Positions 10,084-20,037 of a stretch of DNA of 64,000 nt are shown piece by piece; the stretch's first letter is position 1; every line of letters starts with the position of its first letter. The translations under genes were made by a program, and so were the position numbers. Source of the DNA: Obrimoposthia wandeli (lineage: Eukaryota); contig CDROCS010000253.1 in assembly GCA_977020255.1 (NCBI GenBank), forward strand, positions 62,001 through 126,000, in the 5' to 3' direction. Below the pieces are notes generated by a model that saw nothing but the letters and a program-made list of their open reading frames with translations, was not told the DNA's origin and ran no database searches.

Positions 10084-11133
10084 CTACTCAACTATCCAGT
10101 AAGTTTCTTTTCTTTCGCCATTACGTAGATATTTGAAAGTAACTCTATCGCCTTTTTCAAAGCTAGCAAGGTGCTTTTTAATTTGAACCGCTGAGGCTAA
10201 ATCAATAATGGCACGACCACCTACCTCAAGCAATATATCACCACCAAGTAAAATAGGGCTACGACCCATGACTACACTGAGATTACCACCTTTAAAGCCA
10301 AGTTTATCCGCTAAAGTACCTGGTATAACATGTTGAATTAACATGCCATGGCCTGCCGTATTATTAATAGCGTAAGACTGCTTTTTATTAAGCAATAACG
10401 GAATAAATCCTGAGAATGTACCAGGGTCACTATCAATTATATGGCGCACTGTATCAACCGAAACAACGAACCCCAAACCATTACTACCACCACTTTTGGA
10501 TAATATATGGCTAACAATACCAACAATTTCACCATTAAGGTTGAACATTGGACCGCCAGAATTACCTTGGTTAATTGAGGCGTCAGTTTGAAGTAAACGT
10601 GGTATTAGGCTTCTTCCAGGTATTGCGTTACCGTCACGAATACCACTTAAATAACCAACAGATAAACTATGGCTGACACCAAAAGGTGCGCCAATAATAA
10701 TAACTTGTTCACCAATTTGGTAATCGTTAGCTTTAGCTAATTTTAATGGTTTTGCTGTGCTCGGAACTTCCCCTGCTTGAATCATAGCCAAATCAATAAG
10801 TGGTTCTATCCAAACAACATGGCCAGTGGTTTTAGTGCCATCAGCAAACTCAACTTCAATTGCTGTCGCCTTATTAACAACATGTGCTGCAGTTAAAATA
10901 CGACCTTCACTACTAACTAATGCACCTGAGCCTAATGAATTGGCTGTTTTTGCTTTATACGCGACTTGACCAACTTGTGGATCAGCTAGTGACTGTACAT
11001 GTAATTCAACGACTGAAGGGTTAACTTTCTTATAGAGTGTTTGAATTGAATTTTCTTTTACTTGATATGCTTGGATTGGTACTGCACAACCACTTAAGAA
11101 GAAAATACTAAGAAGTAGTAAAGCTCTGTTCAT
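10084..11133 (-). CDS. HtrA-like trypsin serine protease with PDZ domain, predicted lipoprotein
   Basis: LTAAH, DLA and GNSGGP catalytic triad motifs, C-terminal PDZ-like region, lipobox LSGC after MNRALLLLSIFF (start 11133 preferred). Confidence 0.85.
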   Translation of the reverse strand: MNRALLLLSIFFLSGCAVPIQAYQVKENSIQTLYKKVNPSVVELHVQSLADPQVGQVAYKAKTANSLGSGALVSSEGRILTAAHVVNKATAIEVEFADGTKTTGHVVWIEPLIDLAMIQAGEVPSTAKPLKLAKANDYQIGEQVIIIGAPFGVSHSLSVGYLSGIRDGNAIPGRSLIPRLLQTDASINQGNSGGPMFNLNGEIVGIVSHILSKSGGSNGLGFVVSVDTVRHIIDSDPGTFSGFIPLLLNKKQSYAINNTAGHGMLIQHVIPGTLADKLGFKGGNLSVVMGRSPILLGGDILLEVGGRAIIDLASAVQIKKHLASFEKGDRVTFKYLRNGERKETYWIVE

Positions 11134-11271
11134 TGAGAAATCCGTCTGTGATAAAATTGATGACAGTGTAACCAACTGTTATCTTTTTATCATTCTTTTT
11201 ATCTAGTTGAATAGACAAATAGTCGGGTTAAAGTGATATAGTAAAGGTGATTATTTAAATAGGAAAAGAAC

Positions 11272-11634
11272 ATGGAAATTATCGCCATACTGGCGTTACT
11301 GTCATTGATTTGGTTGCTCTGGCAATTAGTTAAAGCAAAACGTTTTACCCGCTTTAAACGACAAATTGATGCAGAATTAAAAGATAAAGTCATTGCTAAT
11401 ATTATTGAAGAATTAGCAATAACTCGTAGTGAACAGTTTCCTAACAATGATTGCCATCAAACAGCAACATTACTTTATTGGACTCAATATAAAAGCCGCA
11501 TATTGCATGCAGCCTTATCACGTGAAATTATTGACCAACAATGGTTAAGAGACAGTGGGAATTTACGTAACGCCCAACATTTATTTTTCATTGAGCGTCA
11601 ATATTTACCCTTACCTAGTCAAAGCGAAACCTAA
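11272..11634 (+). CDS. Hypothetical protein with N-terminal membrane anchor
   Basis: 120-aa ORF, RBS GGAAAAG, hydrophobic residues 1-20, fills the intergenic gap. Confidence 0.6.
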   Translation: MEIIAILALLSLIWLLWQLVKAKRFTRFKRQIDAELKDKVIANIIEELAITRSEQFPNNDCHQTATLLYWTQYKSRILHAALSREIIDQQWLRDSGNLRNAQHLFFIERQYLPLPSQSET

Positions 11635-11670
11635 ACCAGCAAAAACTAAGTAGCAGGTTTAACAAAAAAG

Positions 11671-12396
11671 TTAAGCCTTCTTAGCAAACTGTAAATCCCA
11701 TACACCATGACCTAGATTTTGACCACGGTTTTCAAACTTAGTTAACGGGCGAGAATCAGGACGAGGTACATAATCACTTGTTTCAGACAAGTTGTTATAA
11801 CCCGGTGCACTTTGCATATCTTCTAACATGCATTCTGCATAGTTTTCCCAATCTGTTGCCATATGGAATACACCATCGTCTTTCAATTTTTGTCTGATGG
11901 TTTCGACAAATTCAGCAGAAACGATGCGGCGCTTATGATGCTTTTTCTTGTGCCATGGATCTGGAAAAAACAATTGAACAGTTGTTAGCATACCGTCAGG
12001 TATACAGTCTGCTAAAATCTCGATAGCATCATGTTCATATACTTTTAAATTACTAACACCTTCTTCAACAGCAGATGAAATACAAGCACCAACACCAGGT
12101 TTGTGAACTTCAATACCAATAAAGTTTAGCTCTGGTGCTGCTTTAGCCATTTCGACTAAAGATTTACCCATACCAAAACCAATCTCTAAAACCACAGGGT
12201 TTGCATTGGCGAATAATATTTGGGGGTCAATAACGCCATCACTATGGCTTAAGCCCATACTTTGCCAATGATCGTTAATCGCACGTTCTTGATTTTTTGT
12301 TAACCGGCCTTCGCGTTTAACAAAGCTACGTACTTTACGAATGTACTTACCTTCTTGCTCGGCTTGTTCTATGGTTTTATGTGTTTTTTCAGTCAT
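11671..12396 (-). CDS. trmB: tRNA (guanine-N7)-methyltransferase TrmB
   Basis: [50 protein letters not shown]. Confidence 0.95.
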   Translation of the reverse strand: MTEKTHKTIEQAEQEGKYIRKVRSFVKREGRLTKNQERAINDHWQSMGLSHSDGVIDPQILFANANPVVLEIGFGMGKSLVEMAKAAPELNFIGIEVHKPGVGACISSAVEEGVSNLKVYEHDAIEILADCIPDGMLTTVQLFFPDPWHKKKHHKRRIVSAEFVETIRQKLKDDGVFHMATDWENYAECMLEDMQSAPGYNNLSETSDYVPRPDSRPLTKFENRGQNLGHGVWDLQFAKKA

Positions 12397-12603
12397 ATTG
12401 GATCTTTTACTAATATTCGTTCAATTAGATTCAGCAAGCATTATAAATAGTGCTGCATAAGTAGTTTTTCGACTTCATTATTCTAAATAAATGGATTTTA
12501 GACAAAGCCGTCAAGTTATTCAGTGCCTGCGCTTATGCAACATAAGTAATGGTAATGAATAACGCCGACAATGCCGTATAAAAATCATTTATAACGAATA
12601 AAT

Positions 12604-12942
12604 TTATTCAGCCCACCAAACATCGTACAAATCACTAACCGCTACTGAAGTTGCGCCATTATCAGTCAACCATTTTTCAACAGTGCTGCGATTCTCATCA
12701 GTACAAGAACCTAATTTCTGCGTACAAATAAGGCCATGCCATAAAGTATCACCTTCACCGCCAAAACCTAAATTATTTGGTTGGATAGCTTCTGCGAAAA
12801 ACTTATTGATAAAAGCATCAAGTTCTTCACCATTTATGCCATCTTTTAATTTCCAAGCAACATCGAAGCCTAATTCCTGAAACTCATCAACACGTAATTT
12901 TTTACGAATACGAGTACTACGGTTTTTTGCGTTCATTTTCAT
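12604..12942 (-). CDS. yggL: YggL family (DUF469) ribosome-associated protein
   Basis: RSTRIRKKLRVDEFQELGF and DVWW tail, in the usual trmB/mutY neighbourhood. Confidence 0.85.
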   Translation of the reverse strand: MKMNAKNRSTRIRKKLRVDEFQELGFDVAWKLKDGINGEELDAFINKFFAEAIQPNNLGFGGEGDTLWHGLICTQKLGSCTDENRSTVEKWLTDNGATSVAVSDLYDVWWAE

Positions 12943-13044
12943 TATAAAGCCTTATATTTTCTTAATGCTAAGTTGGAACTAAGCTGAGCGAATTTTAAAG
13001 GCGACATTATATACTCGTTAACATCAAGATGCGAATTTGGCTAT

Positions 13045-14169
13045 TTGAGCTCAGCTTGTTATTTAGTTACACTGCGCGCTATGAATAATTCTATAGTACT
13101 ATCAGCCAAATCGGCTGAACAATTTGGCCAGCAAGTCGTAAGCTGGTATCACCACCAAGGTAGAAAGCACTTACCTTGGCAGCAAGATAAAACCCCATAT
13201 CGCGTGTGGATTTCAGAAATAATGTTACAACAAACACAAGTTGCGACAGTTATTCCTTACTATCAGCGTTTTATGGCAAGTTTTCCGACTATTACTGATT
13301 TAGCCAATGCTGATGAAGATGTGGTTTTACATCATTGGACTGGTTTAGGCTATTATGCTCGAGCGCGTAATTTACATAAATCGGCTAAAATCATGCTCAA
13401 TGACTATGATGGCCACTTTCCTATTGAGATTGAGCAAGTTATCGCATTGCCTGGCATAGGTCGCTCAACCGCTGGCGCCATTTTAAGTTTATCTTTAAAA
13501 CAATATCATCCTATTTTAGACGGTAATGTAAAACGGGTGCTAGCACGAAGTTATCTTGTCGAAGGTTATAATGGCTTAAGTAAGTTTGACAAAGCATTAT
13601 GGCAATTAAGCGAACAATTAACCCCTGCTATTGAAACAGACAGTTTTAACCAAGCAATGATGGATCTTGGCGCAACCGTTTGTACCCGCAGTAAACCAAA
13701 TTGTGAACTGTGCCCAGTTGAGCAAAGTTGCTTGGCCAAGGCTGGTGACCAGCAAATGAATTTTCCTCAGAAAAAGCCTAAAAAGAAAATTCCTGAAAAG
13801 AAAACCATAATGGTGATCCCTAGAATACAGAATGAACGCTGTGATAAGGTATTGATGGAAAAGCGACCACCTGTAGGTATTTGGGGTGGATTATGGTGTT
13901 TTCATGAAATTGATGAACTAACAGAAATTGATGACTTAATGTCTAATTTGTCACTTAAAGCACTTTCATCACAAACATTAACCGAATTTAGGCATACTTT
14001 TAGTCACTTTCATTTAGATATTACCCCTGTGATAGTAGACTGCCAGCAACTTGATTCAGCAAATATAAACGAACCTGATCAACAAAAGTGGTATGATTTA
14101 CACCAAGAATTAAGCGTCGGCTTAGCGGCCTCGACACAAAAACTACTTACTTTACTTAGGGACTATTGA
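13045..14169 (+). CDS. mutY: A/G-specific adenine glycosylase MutY
   Basis: [35 protein letters not shown], 4Fe-4S motif [17 protein letters not shown]. True start may be 13081. Confidence 0.95.
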   Translation: MSSACYLVTLRAMNNSIVLSAKSAEQFGQQVVSWYHHQGRKHLPWQQDKTPYRVWISEIMLQQTQVATVIPYYQRFMASFPTITDLANADEDVVLHHWTGLGYYARARNLHKSAKIMLNDYDGHFPIEIEQVIALPGIGRSTAGAILSLSLKQYHPILDGNVKRVLARSYLVEGYNGLSKFDKALWQLSEQLTPAIETDSFNQAMMDLGATVCTRSKPNCELCPVEQSCLAKAGDQQMNFPQKKPKKKIPEKKTIMVIPRIQNERCDKVLMEKRPPVGIWGGLWCFHEIDELTEIDDLMSNLSLKALSSQTLTEFRHTFSHFHLDITPVIVDCQQLDSANINEPDQQKWYDLHQELSVGLAASTQKLLTLLRDY

Positions 14170-14265
14170 TTGATTATTTAATTAGTGTTCAAATTATCTA
14201 ATCGAAAAACTTCAAAGCCCGACTAATTAACTACTACGTATCTAATATAGAGAAGAGAATCCATT

Positions 14266-14538
14266 ATGAGTCGCACAGTATTTTGTCAAAATCTAAACAA
14301 AGAAGCCGAAGGTTTAGGTTTTCAACTTTATCCCGGCGAAATAGGTAAACGCATTTTTGATAATATTTCTAAAGAAGCTTGGGGTATCTGGCAAAAAAAG
14401 CAAACTATGATAATAAACGAAAAAAAAATGAATATGATGAATGCTGATGACCGTGCTTTTTTAGAAACAGCGATGGTTGCCTACCTATTTGAAGGTCAAG
14501 AACCAGAAATTGAAGGTTACGTCGCGCCAAGTAAATAA
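14266..14538 (+). CDS. yggX: Fe-S cluster oxidative-damage protection protein YggX
   Basis: [25 protein letters not shown], directly after mutY. Confidence 0.92.
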   Translation: MSRTVFCQNLNKEAEGLGFQLYPGEIGKRIFDNISKEAWGIWQKKQTMIINEKKMNMMNADDRAFLETAMVAYLFEGQEPEIEGYVAPSK

Positions 14539-14673
14539 TCACAATTTACAGTTATGCAGATTTAGACTGTTTACTTTATAGCTCGTTAACGCTCACAAAA
14601 GGTGCACGCAAATAAAATTTGCTGTAAAAAACAGCAAACAAACACTTTTTATAAAAAAGTTAGTAAAAAACAG

Positions 14674-14710
14674 TTGACGGGGGAAAGGAAAAACAGTTTA
14701 ATACGCCCCG
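14674..14710 (+). promoter_or_regulatory. Stable-RNA type sigma70 promoter of the tRNA-Phe/Thr operon
   Basis: TTGACG-17 bp-TTTAAT-ACGCCCCG discriminator, with upstream A-tracts (UP-element-like). Confidence 0.75.
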
Positions 14711-14751
14711 TCTTAACGAGGTAACGAAATACAGCCAAGTTAAGCATGTTA

Positions 14752-14827
14752 GCCCCGATAGCTCAGTTGGTAGAGCAGAGGATTGAAAATCCTCGTGTCC
14801 CTGGTTCAAATCCGGGTCGGGGCACCA
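14752..14827 (+). tRNA. tRNA-Phe (GAA), identical to the 6681-6756 copy
   Basis: Same 76-nt sequence as 6681-6756, in the opposite orientation. Confidence 0.98.
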
Positions 14828-14940
14828 TTTTACAGAAGTGGTGCTCAATTATTATTAGATAATAATATTAAGTATTTCTTCGGTGCCAAAAGTATTTAGG
14901 TTGTTTAAATTAAACTTAAATATTGCACACAGCTTTGTGT

Positions 14941-14947
14941 GCCGACT

Positions 14948-14989
<42 letters not shown>

Positions 14990-15016
14990 CCAGTTCGATT
15001 CCGGCAGTCGGCACCA
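14941..15016 (+). tRNA. tRNA-Thr (TGT)
   Basis: GCCGACT-TA-GCTC AGTTGGTA GAGC-A-ACTGA CTTGTAA TCAGT-AGGTC-GCCAG TTCGATT CCGGC-AGTCGGC-ACCA. Confidence 0.98.
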
Positions 15017-15830
15017 TCTATTCTCTTCGGAGAAGAAACGAAACCTTAACAGCAATGTTAAGGTTTTTTTTCGTCTGAAATTTAGTAACCCCTACTGATT
15101 GAATCAGTAACTCATTAAAGTGCAGCAGCTCAATTTTGGCAGTCGGCACCATCTATTCTCTTCAAAGAAGAAACGAAACCTTAACAGCAATGTTAAGGTT
15201 TTTTTTCGTCTGGAATTTACCAAGTACAGAAGTACCTCTTCTTTAATCAGTAACTCATTAAAGTCCGCTAGCAGGAACTCTTTCGTTAATTTTGGCAGTT
15301 ACCAAATCTATTCTCTTCTTAAGGAAGAAGACGAAATTACTATTAACTGCCTAGTACAGCAATGTTATTAGAAAAAGACTAATTTTTCATTATTTAAAAG
15401 CTCTGAAATTTAGTTGAAAAAACATCCCTGACTTTGATGCAATCAGTGATGGACTCATTAAGTGCAAGCATTGAAGTGCTTTGTCAGCTTTTACTCATCA
15501 AGCTTTTTTTATTTACAAGTAGAGTTCCATTTCTCTCAACAGGAAAAAGCTAATAACTCATCATTTAGCATAGGGTTAGGTGGGGCTAAAATTGTTAAGG
15601 TTTTTTTTCGTCCCTAAATTGACAGTGACGCACCATACTGATTGAATCAGCCATAATGTAACTATTTGGCATGCACTGCTCAATGGCAGTAAAAGGTGCA
15701 CCATCTATTCTCTTCAAAGAAGAAACGAAACCTTAATCGTTTGTTGTCCAACTTTCCGCCTAAGAAAGTAAGGTTCACTTTTTTCGTTTCTTCTGAATTT
15801 TATACCCCTACTGATTGGAATCGGTAACGC
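15003..15830 (+). repeat. Tandem array of about 5 tRNA-Thr-3'-end/terminator units, increasingly degenerate
   Basis: Unit starts at 15003, 15138, 15294, about 15515 and 15685. 15003-15084 and 15138-15219 differ at 3 of 82 positions. 15698-15736 is a 39-nt exact copy of unit 2. Confidence 0.85.
15041..15071 (+). terminator. Intrinsic terminator after tRNA-Thr (repeated at about 15176-15206)
   Basis: AACCTTAAC-agcaat-GTTAAGGTT with a T8 run. Confidence 0.8.
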
Positions 15831-16170
15831 CTTGTCATCAACTAAATAGTTCAAATTTGTGATCTAGCTTCTTAACCACTTATACAGGTCAGGCAAATAA
15901 TACACGGTGTTTGACTTATATAAGACTGCCTGATTATTGATATTTAGACGTATTAACAAGACAGTTTACTTTCTATATCCATCATTTATTCCTAACATCT
16001 ATTGCTAGCAACTAACAAAAGTGCAGTTAATGAATAGGTAAACCATCTCACTTTTTTATATATACTTAATAATATTTTTATATATACTTAAACAGAAGAT
16101 GATCTCACACATGCTAAAGCTGCTAGCGGAGTAACATAATGCTTCTATTAAAAGAAAGTATGGATCTCAC

Positions 16171-16975
16171 ATGGCAAAAGTAGCACTCATCACTGGCGCG
16201 AGTTCAGGTATAGGTAGGATCACAGCAATTTTATTGGCTCAACATGGCTACATTGTTTATGCCGGCACTAGAGATCCGTCAAAATTTACGATTAAGCTTA
16301 ATAACTTACATGTGATAGCACTTGATATCACTGACAATAAAAGCATCAAACACACTATTGACGCTATACAAGCTGAACAAGGCCGAATTGACGTACTTAT
16401 CAATAATGCAGGTTATGCTTTGGTATCAACGGTTGAAGAAGCCAGCGAAGAAGAGATGTTCAATCAATTTAATATTAATGTTTTTAGCATCCTTCGATTA
16501 TGCAAAGCCGTTACCCCCTTAATGAGAATGAATAGTCATGGTGTCATCATCAATATTAGCTCTTTTCTGGGAAAAATAGGGTTGCCGCTGTTCACTTTTT
16601 ATAACGCCAGTAAATATGCTGTTGAAGGTATTACCGACTCTCTTAGATATGAACTTGAGCCTTTCAATATTCGAGTACATTCCATCATGCCTGGATTTTT
16701 TAATACCAACTTTGTAGTAAAAGACAGTCCTTGATAACCAGCTGGAAGAATAAATCGAACTAGCTAGCAATCTACCTGACAGTATATTGGCGCATAACAA
16801 AACGGTGTAAGAAGCCAAAGCTGCAGAACTTATCGTTAAAACAATTGAAGATGATACTTCACCAGCACGTTCAACTGTGGGAGATAAAGCCAGTAAATTC
16901 ATTGCTATGCGCCGCGAACTTAGCGATGAAGATTTTGAACGAAGAGTTAAGGAGTACTACAACCTTAATGGATAG
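16171..16975 (+). pseudogene. Short-chain dehydrogenase/reductase (SDR), interrupted at about 16720-16810
   Basis: TGASSGIG, NNAGY and YNASK motifs, stop at 16734. The C-terminus resumes in another frame (16811-16975, EAKAAELIVKTIEDD...RRELSDEDFERRVKEYYNL) and matches the intact paralog at 18022. May be a consensus error. Confidence 0.75.
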
Positions 16976-17898
16976 TTTCTTTTTTAACATTACCGATAGA
17001 CGTTATAAAATAACCGAGCTTTTTAAACATCAAGAGTAATACAGCATCTTTGCAAGGATATATCTAAATTATTTGAATTTTTGATATCGCTTACTTCCAT
17101 GTAGTGGAGACAAAACACTTAACCTTAAAAATATTGACCGAATGAACTTTATTGTTTCGGTTGGTCAAGGTAGTTCTTTGATAAAAGATAACTTAACTAA
17201 AAACAGTTTTTCATTAGCTGATCATAGTACCTATTTATTTGCTACATCAAGACAAGATATGGAAATAACCATTCAAGGGGAAAATAAATCAGAAATATTC
17301 ATCCTATTTGTCAGCGACTTTTTTATTAAACGTTACTTGAGTAATAATGCTTATGAGCCAATCAACTTTTTATATGAAAAGTTGCAGCAAGAAGTCAGTC
17401 TTGAACTCATTCATGAAACACCAACGGATGCTTTAAGCCTGTACCTGATTGATAAAATAGTTAGTGCTAAACATAGTGAAAAGATGAGCAGCATGATCAG
17501 TGAGCATCGAGCCATTGAATATATGATACACAGATTCTCACAGCTTGATTTACATGTACCTACAGAACATACCATTGAAGAAATAGAAATCGCAGCTAAA
17601 GCAAAAAATATCATCTTACAAGACTTTCGAACGCCCCCTTCCATTAAAGAGTTAGCTAGACTGTGTGGCACCAATGATTTTAAGCTTAAAAAATACTTTA
17701 AAAAAATATATCAAACGACTATCTATGTTTATATTCAAAAACTGCTGGTAAAAGAATTTCATTACTACTTGCGGAACACCCTGCTTAGTAGCTCTGAAAT
17801 AGCGGATGGAAGGGTTGGCTACAAACCTGGAGCACTTTAGTGCCATCTTTTTTAAAACCTATGGGGTTTACCCAAAAGACTTAAAAAATTCCCTATAG
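16968..17898 (+). pseudogene. AraC-family transcriptional regulator, frameshifted
   Basis: ORF 17142-17840 carries PSIKELARLCGTNDFKLKKYFKKIY (HTH1). The missing end HFSAIFFKTYGVYPKDLKNSL* lies in another frame to 17898. Probable start ATG 16968 overlaps the SDR stop. Confidence 0.7.
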
Positions 17899-17937
17899 TG
17901 ATACGCAAAAATCCCGCTAGTGATAAAAGCATATAAT
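17885..17937 (+). promoter_or_regulatory. Candidate AraC-type tandem operator plus -10 box for the second SDR
   Basis: AAAATTCCCTATAGTGATA / AAAAATCCCGCTAGTGATA (16 of 19, 22-bp period), then TATAAT at 17932-17937. Confidence 0.5.
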
Positions 17938-18021
17938 AATCACTGATTAGGCAAGGTAAAATTCAGTTAAGAAAATTACTGCATTACCAATTTACTTAAT
18001 TAAATAACGACCAAGGATACT

Positions 18022-18840
18022 ATGATGACTAAAGTTGTTTTGATCACAGGTGCAAGTTCTGGCATGGGTGAAATGACTGCCCGCTTTTTACATGAAAATG
18101 GTTATACCGTTTATGCCGGTACCCGAGATAAAAATTTGGCTACGCCAGCGATCTCAGGTGTGAACAATATTTATCTTGATGTAACAGATACCAATTCAAT
18201 GGAAGCTGCAGTAAGCACAATTATGGCCAAAGAAGGTAAGATTGATGTATTAGTCAATAATGCTGGGTATGGCCTTGTTTCTAGTGCTGAGGAAGCCACA
18301 GACGAAGAAATTTTCAAACAGTTTGACGTTAATGTTTTTGGCTTAATGAAAATGACAAGAACAGTACTGCCTTATATGCGTGAGGCTAAGTCTGGAGTCA
18401 TTATTAATATCAGCTCCTTTCTTGGAAAAATGGGCTTGCCATTACTTTCCCATTACAATGCCAGTAAATATGCGGTAGAAGGATTTGTTGACTCCATTCG
18501 CTTTGAAATGACTCCCTATAATGTCCGAGTTCACTCCATTCAATCTGGCTTGTTTGGTACTAACTTTGTTAAAAAAGGCTTAGTCGCCAATACCAACACA
18601 ACCAGTGAAAGTTCACCTTATAAAGACCTCGTTGCCCATTTTGTCCCTATTGTTGCAAAAGCGATTAACGAAGGCCCCAGCCCACAACCTATTGCTGATG
18701 CAGTCAAAGCCATCATTGAAGATGAAGACTCACTTATTGCCATACCTGTTGGCAGTGAAGCGACTTCTTTCGTGCCACTAAGAAAAGAACTATCAGATGA
18801 AGATTTTGAAGCTAAAATTAAAGAAACATTCGGTCTTTAA
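18022..18840 (+). CDS. SDR-family NAD(P)-dependent oxidoreductase
   Basis: TGASSGMG, VNNAGYG, NISS and YNASK catalytic motif, intact 272 aa. Confidence 0.9.
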   Translation: MMTKVVLITGASSGMGEMTARFLHENGYTVYAGTRDKNLATPAISGVNNIYLDVTDTNSMEAAVSTIMAKEGKIDVLVNNAGYGLVSSAEEATDEEIFKQFDVNVFGLMKMTRTVLPYMREAKSGVIINISSFLGKMGLPLLSHYNASKYAVEGFVDSIRFEMTPYNVRVHSIQSGLFGTNFVKKGLVANTNTTSESSPYKDLVAHFVPIVAKAINEGPSPQPIADAVKAIIEDEDSLIAIPVGSEATSFVPLRKELSDEDFEAKIKETFGL

Positions 18841-18940
18841 GTTGAAAGATAGAAAATAGAAGATAGAACCCGAGTATAGAGCCACTTAATTGAAGTTGTT
18901 AAGTGGTTACTCACTAACAGATAATTGCACTGCAGGAAAA

Positions 18941-19561
18941 ATGATGAAGAGTCACCCTATAAAAAATTCACTTGGTATTTTTCCAAAATCATGGAGTGAA
19001 GAACATGCCGGAAGAATTCCAGGTAATATTCCTATATGGGTAGGGATACTTTCAGAGCTTACAGAGTTTGGTATTTTTTTTGCTGCGTACTTTATTGCTA
19101 AGTTTTATTACCCCGATACTTTTGCCCAAGGTCCTCAAAGTTTACACACTTCATTGGGTGTTACTAATACCATTGTATTATTGTCTAGTAGCTACTTTAT
19201 GGCCAAAGCTATGACCTTTATTAGAGTAGATAATAAAATAAAATGTGAGCGGTATTTATGGTTAGCGCTGAGTTGTGGCTGTTTATATTTGATAATAAAA
19301 ACTTGGGAGTTTCACTGGAATACTTTACAGGGCTTCAGTGCCAATACTAATGAATTTTTTACCGTTTATTACTATATGACCTTTAACCACTTTATTCATG
19401 TTGGCTGGGCTTCATGCGCCATATTATGGGTAATATTTCGGTTAAGACGCGGCGCTTATTCATCAGTAGAGCATTCAGGACTAGAAGCGTTAGCTGTGTA
19501 TTGGCACATGATAGATTTAATGTGGATACTTATTTTTCCATTATTATATGTACTTAGATAG
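18941..19561 (+). CDS. Cytochrome c oxidase subunit III family protein (NorE/NirO-like)
   Basis: IPGNIPIWVGILSELTEFGIFF, NTIVLLSSS, HFIHV and YWHMIDLMW motifs of the CoxIII fold. ATG 18941 with AGGA RBS. Confidence 0.8.
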   Translation: MMKSHPIKNSLGIFPKSWSEEHAGRIPGNIPIWVGILSELTEFGIFFAAYFIAKFYYPDTFAQGPQSLHTSLGVTNTIVLLSSSYFMAKAMTFIRVDNKIKCERYLWLALSCGCLYLIIKTWEFHWNTLQGFSANTNEFFTVYYYMTFNHFIHVGWASCAILWVIFRLRRGAYSSVEHSGLEALAVYWHMIDLMWILIFPLLYVLR

Positions 19562-19569
19562 GAATAATA

Positions 19570-19824
19570 ATGAAACATTCAATAAAACTAGAATACTACT
19601 TAGCGGCATTAATTGTAATAACATTGCTAAACACCTTTTTAGGCGAAAAATTCGCTTCAACGACTTTAGTCAGTATATTAATAGCACTGACTGTAACCTA
19701 TAAAGGCTTTATCGTCATAGACCACTTTATGGAATTAAAAGGTGCGAATAAAAATTTACGTTTTTTAATGCGACTGTACTTTGTTATTTTCCCCTCACTG
19801 ATCATTGTGAGTGCTTTTTATTAA
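19570..19824 (+). CDS. Cytochrome c oxidase subunit IV family membrane protein (NorF/NirP-like)
   Basis: 84 aa, three hydrophobic segments, KGFIVIDHFMELK motif, 8 bp after the CoxIII-like gene. Confidence 0.7.
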   Translation: MKHSIKLEYYLAALIVITLLNTFLGEKFASTTLVSILIALTVTYKGFIVIDHFMELKGANKNLRFLMRLYFVIFPSLIIVSAFY

Positions 19825-19930
19825 TCGGTGATTTCTTTGAAAAGGCGCTAAATCATTGCCGATTTAACATTAAATTAAAATTAACGGGTTGAAGTTAACA
19901 CTACTTGAATTAAATCTGCAAACAACTAAC

Positions 19931-20037
19931 TCATCACCATGACACTTCAAAATGCTAGTTTCAGGACGCCGAGCGATTCATGATCAGGGCGCATCTAATT
20001 TCAGTAGAATCATTCATTTTGAGGTAACATGGGTATA
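19931..20037. mobile_element. ERIC-like miniature inverted-repeat element
   Basis: Imperfect 20-bp terminal inverted repeats CACCATGACACTTCAAAATG (19935-54) and CATTTTGAGGTAACATGGGT (20015-34). Right end is GGGTATA, as in ERIC. Confidence 0.6.

Noticed and set aside
14660-15371. ORF-track entries 14660-14848(-), 14855-15055(-) and 15120-15371(+)
   Set aside because: Shadows of the tRNA genes and the repeat array, with no protein-like features.
15667-15682. sigma54 promoter (TGGCATGCACTGC)
   Set aside because: GG-to-GC spacing is 8 nt rather than 10, and it lies in the scrambled repeat region.
15003-15830. CRISPR array
   Set aside because: Units are 135-220 bp, derive from the tRNA 3' half and terminator, have homologous rather than unique spacers, and no cas genes are present.
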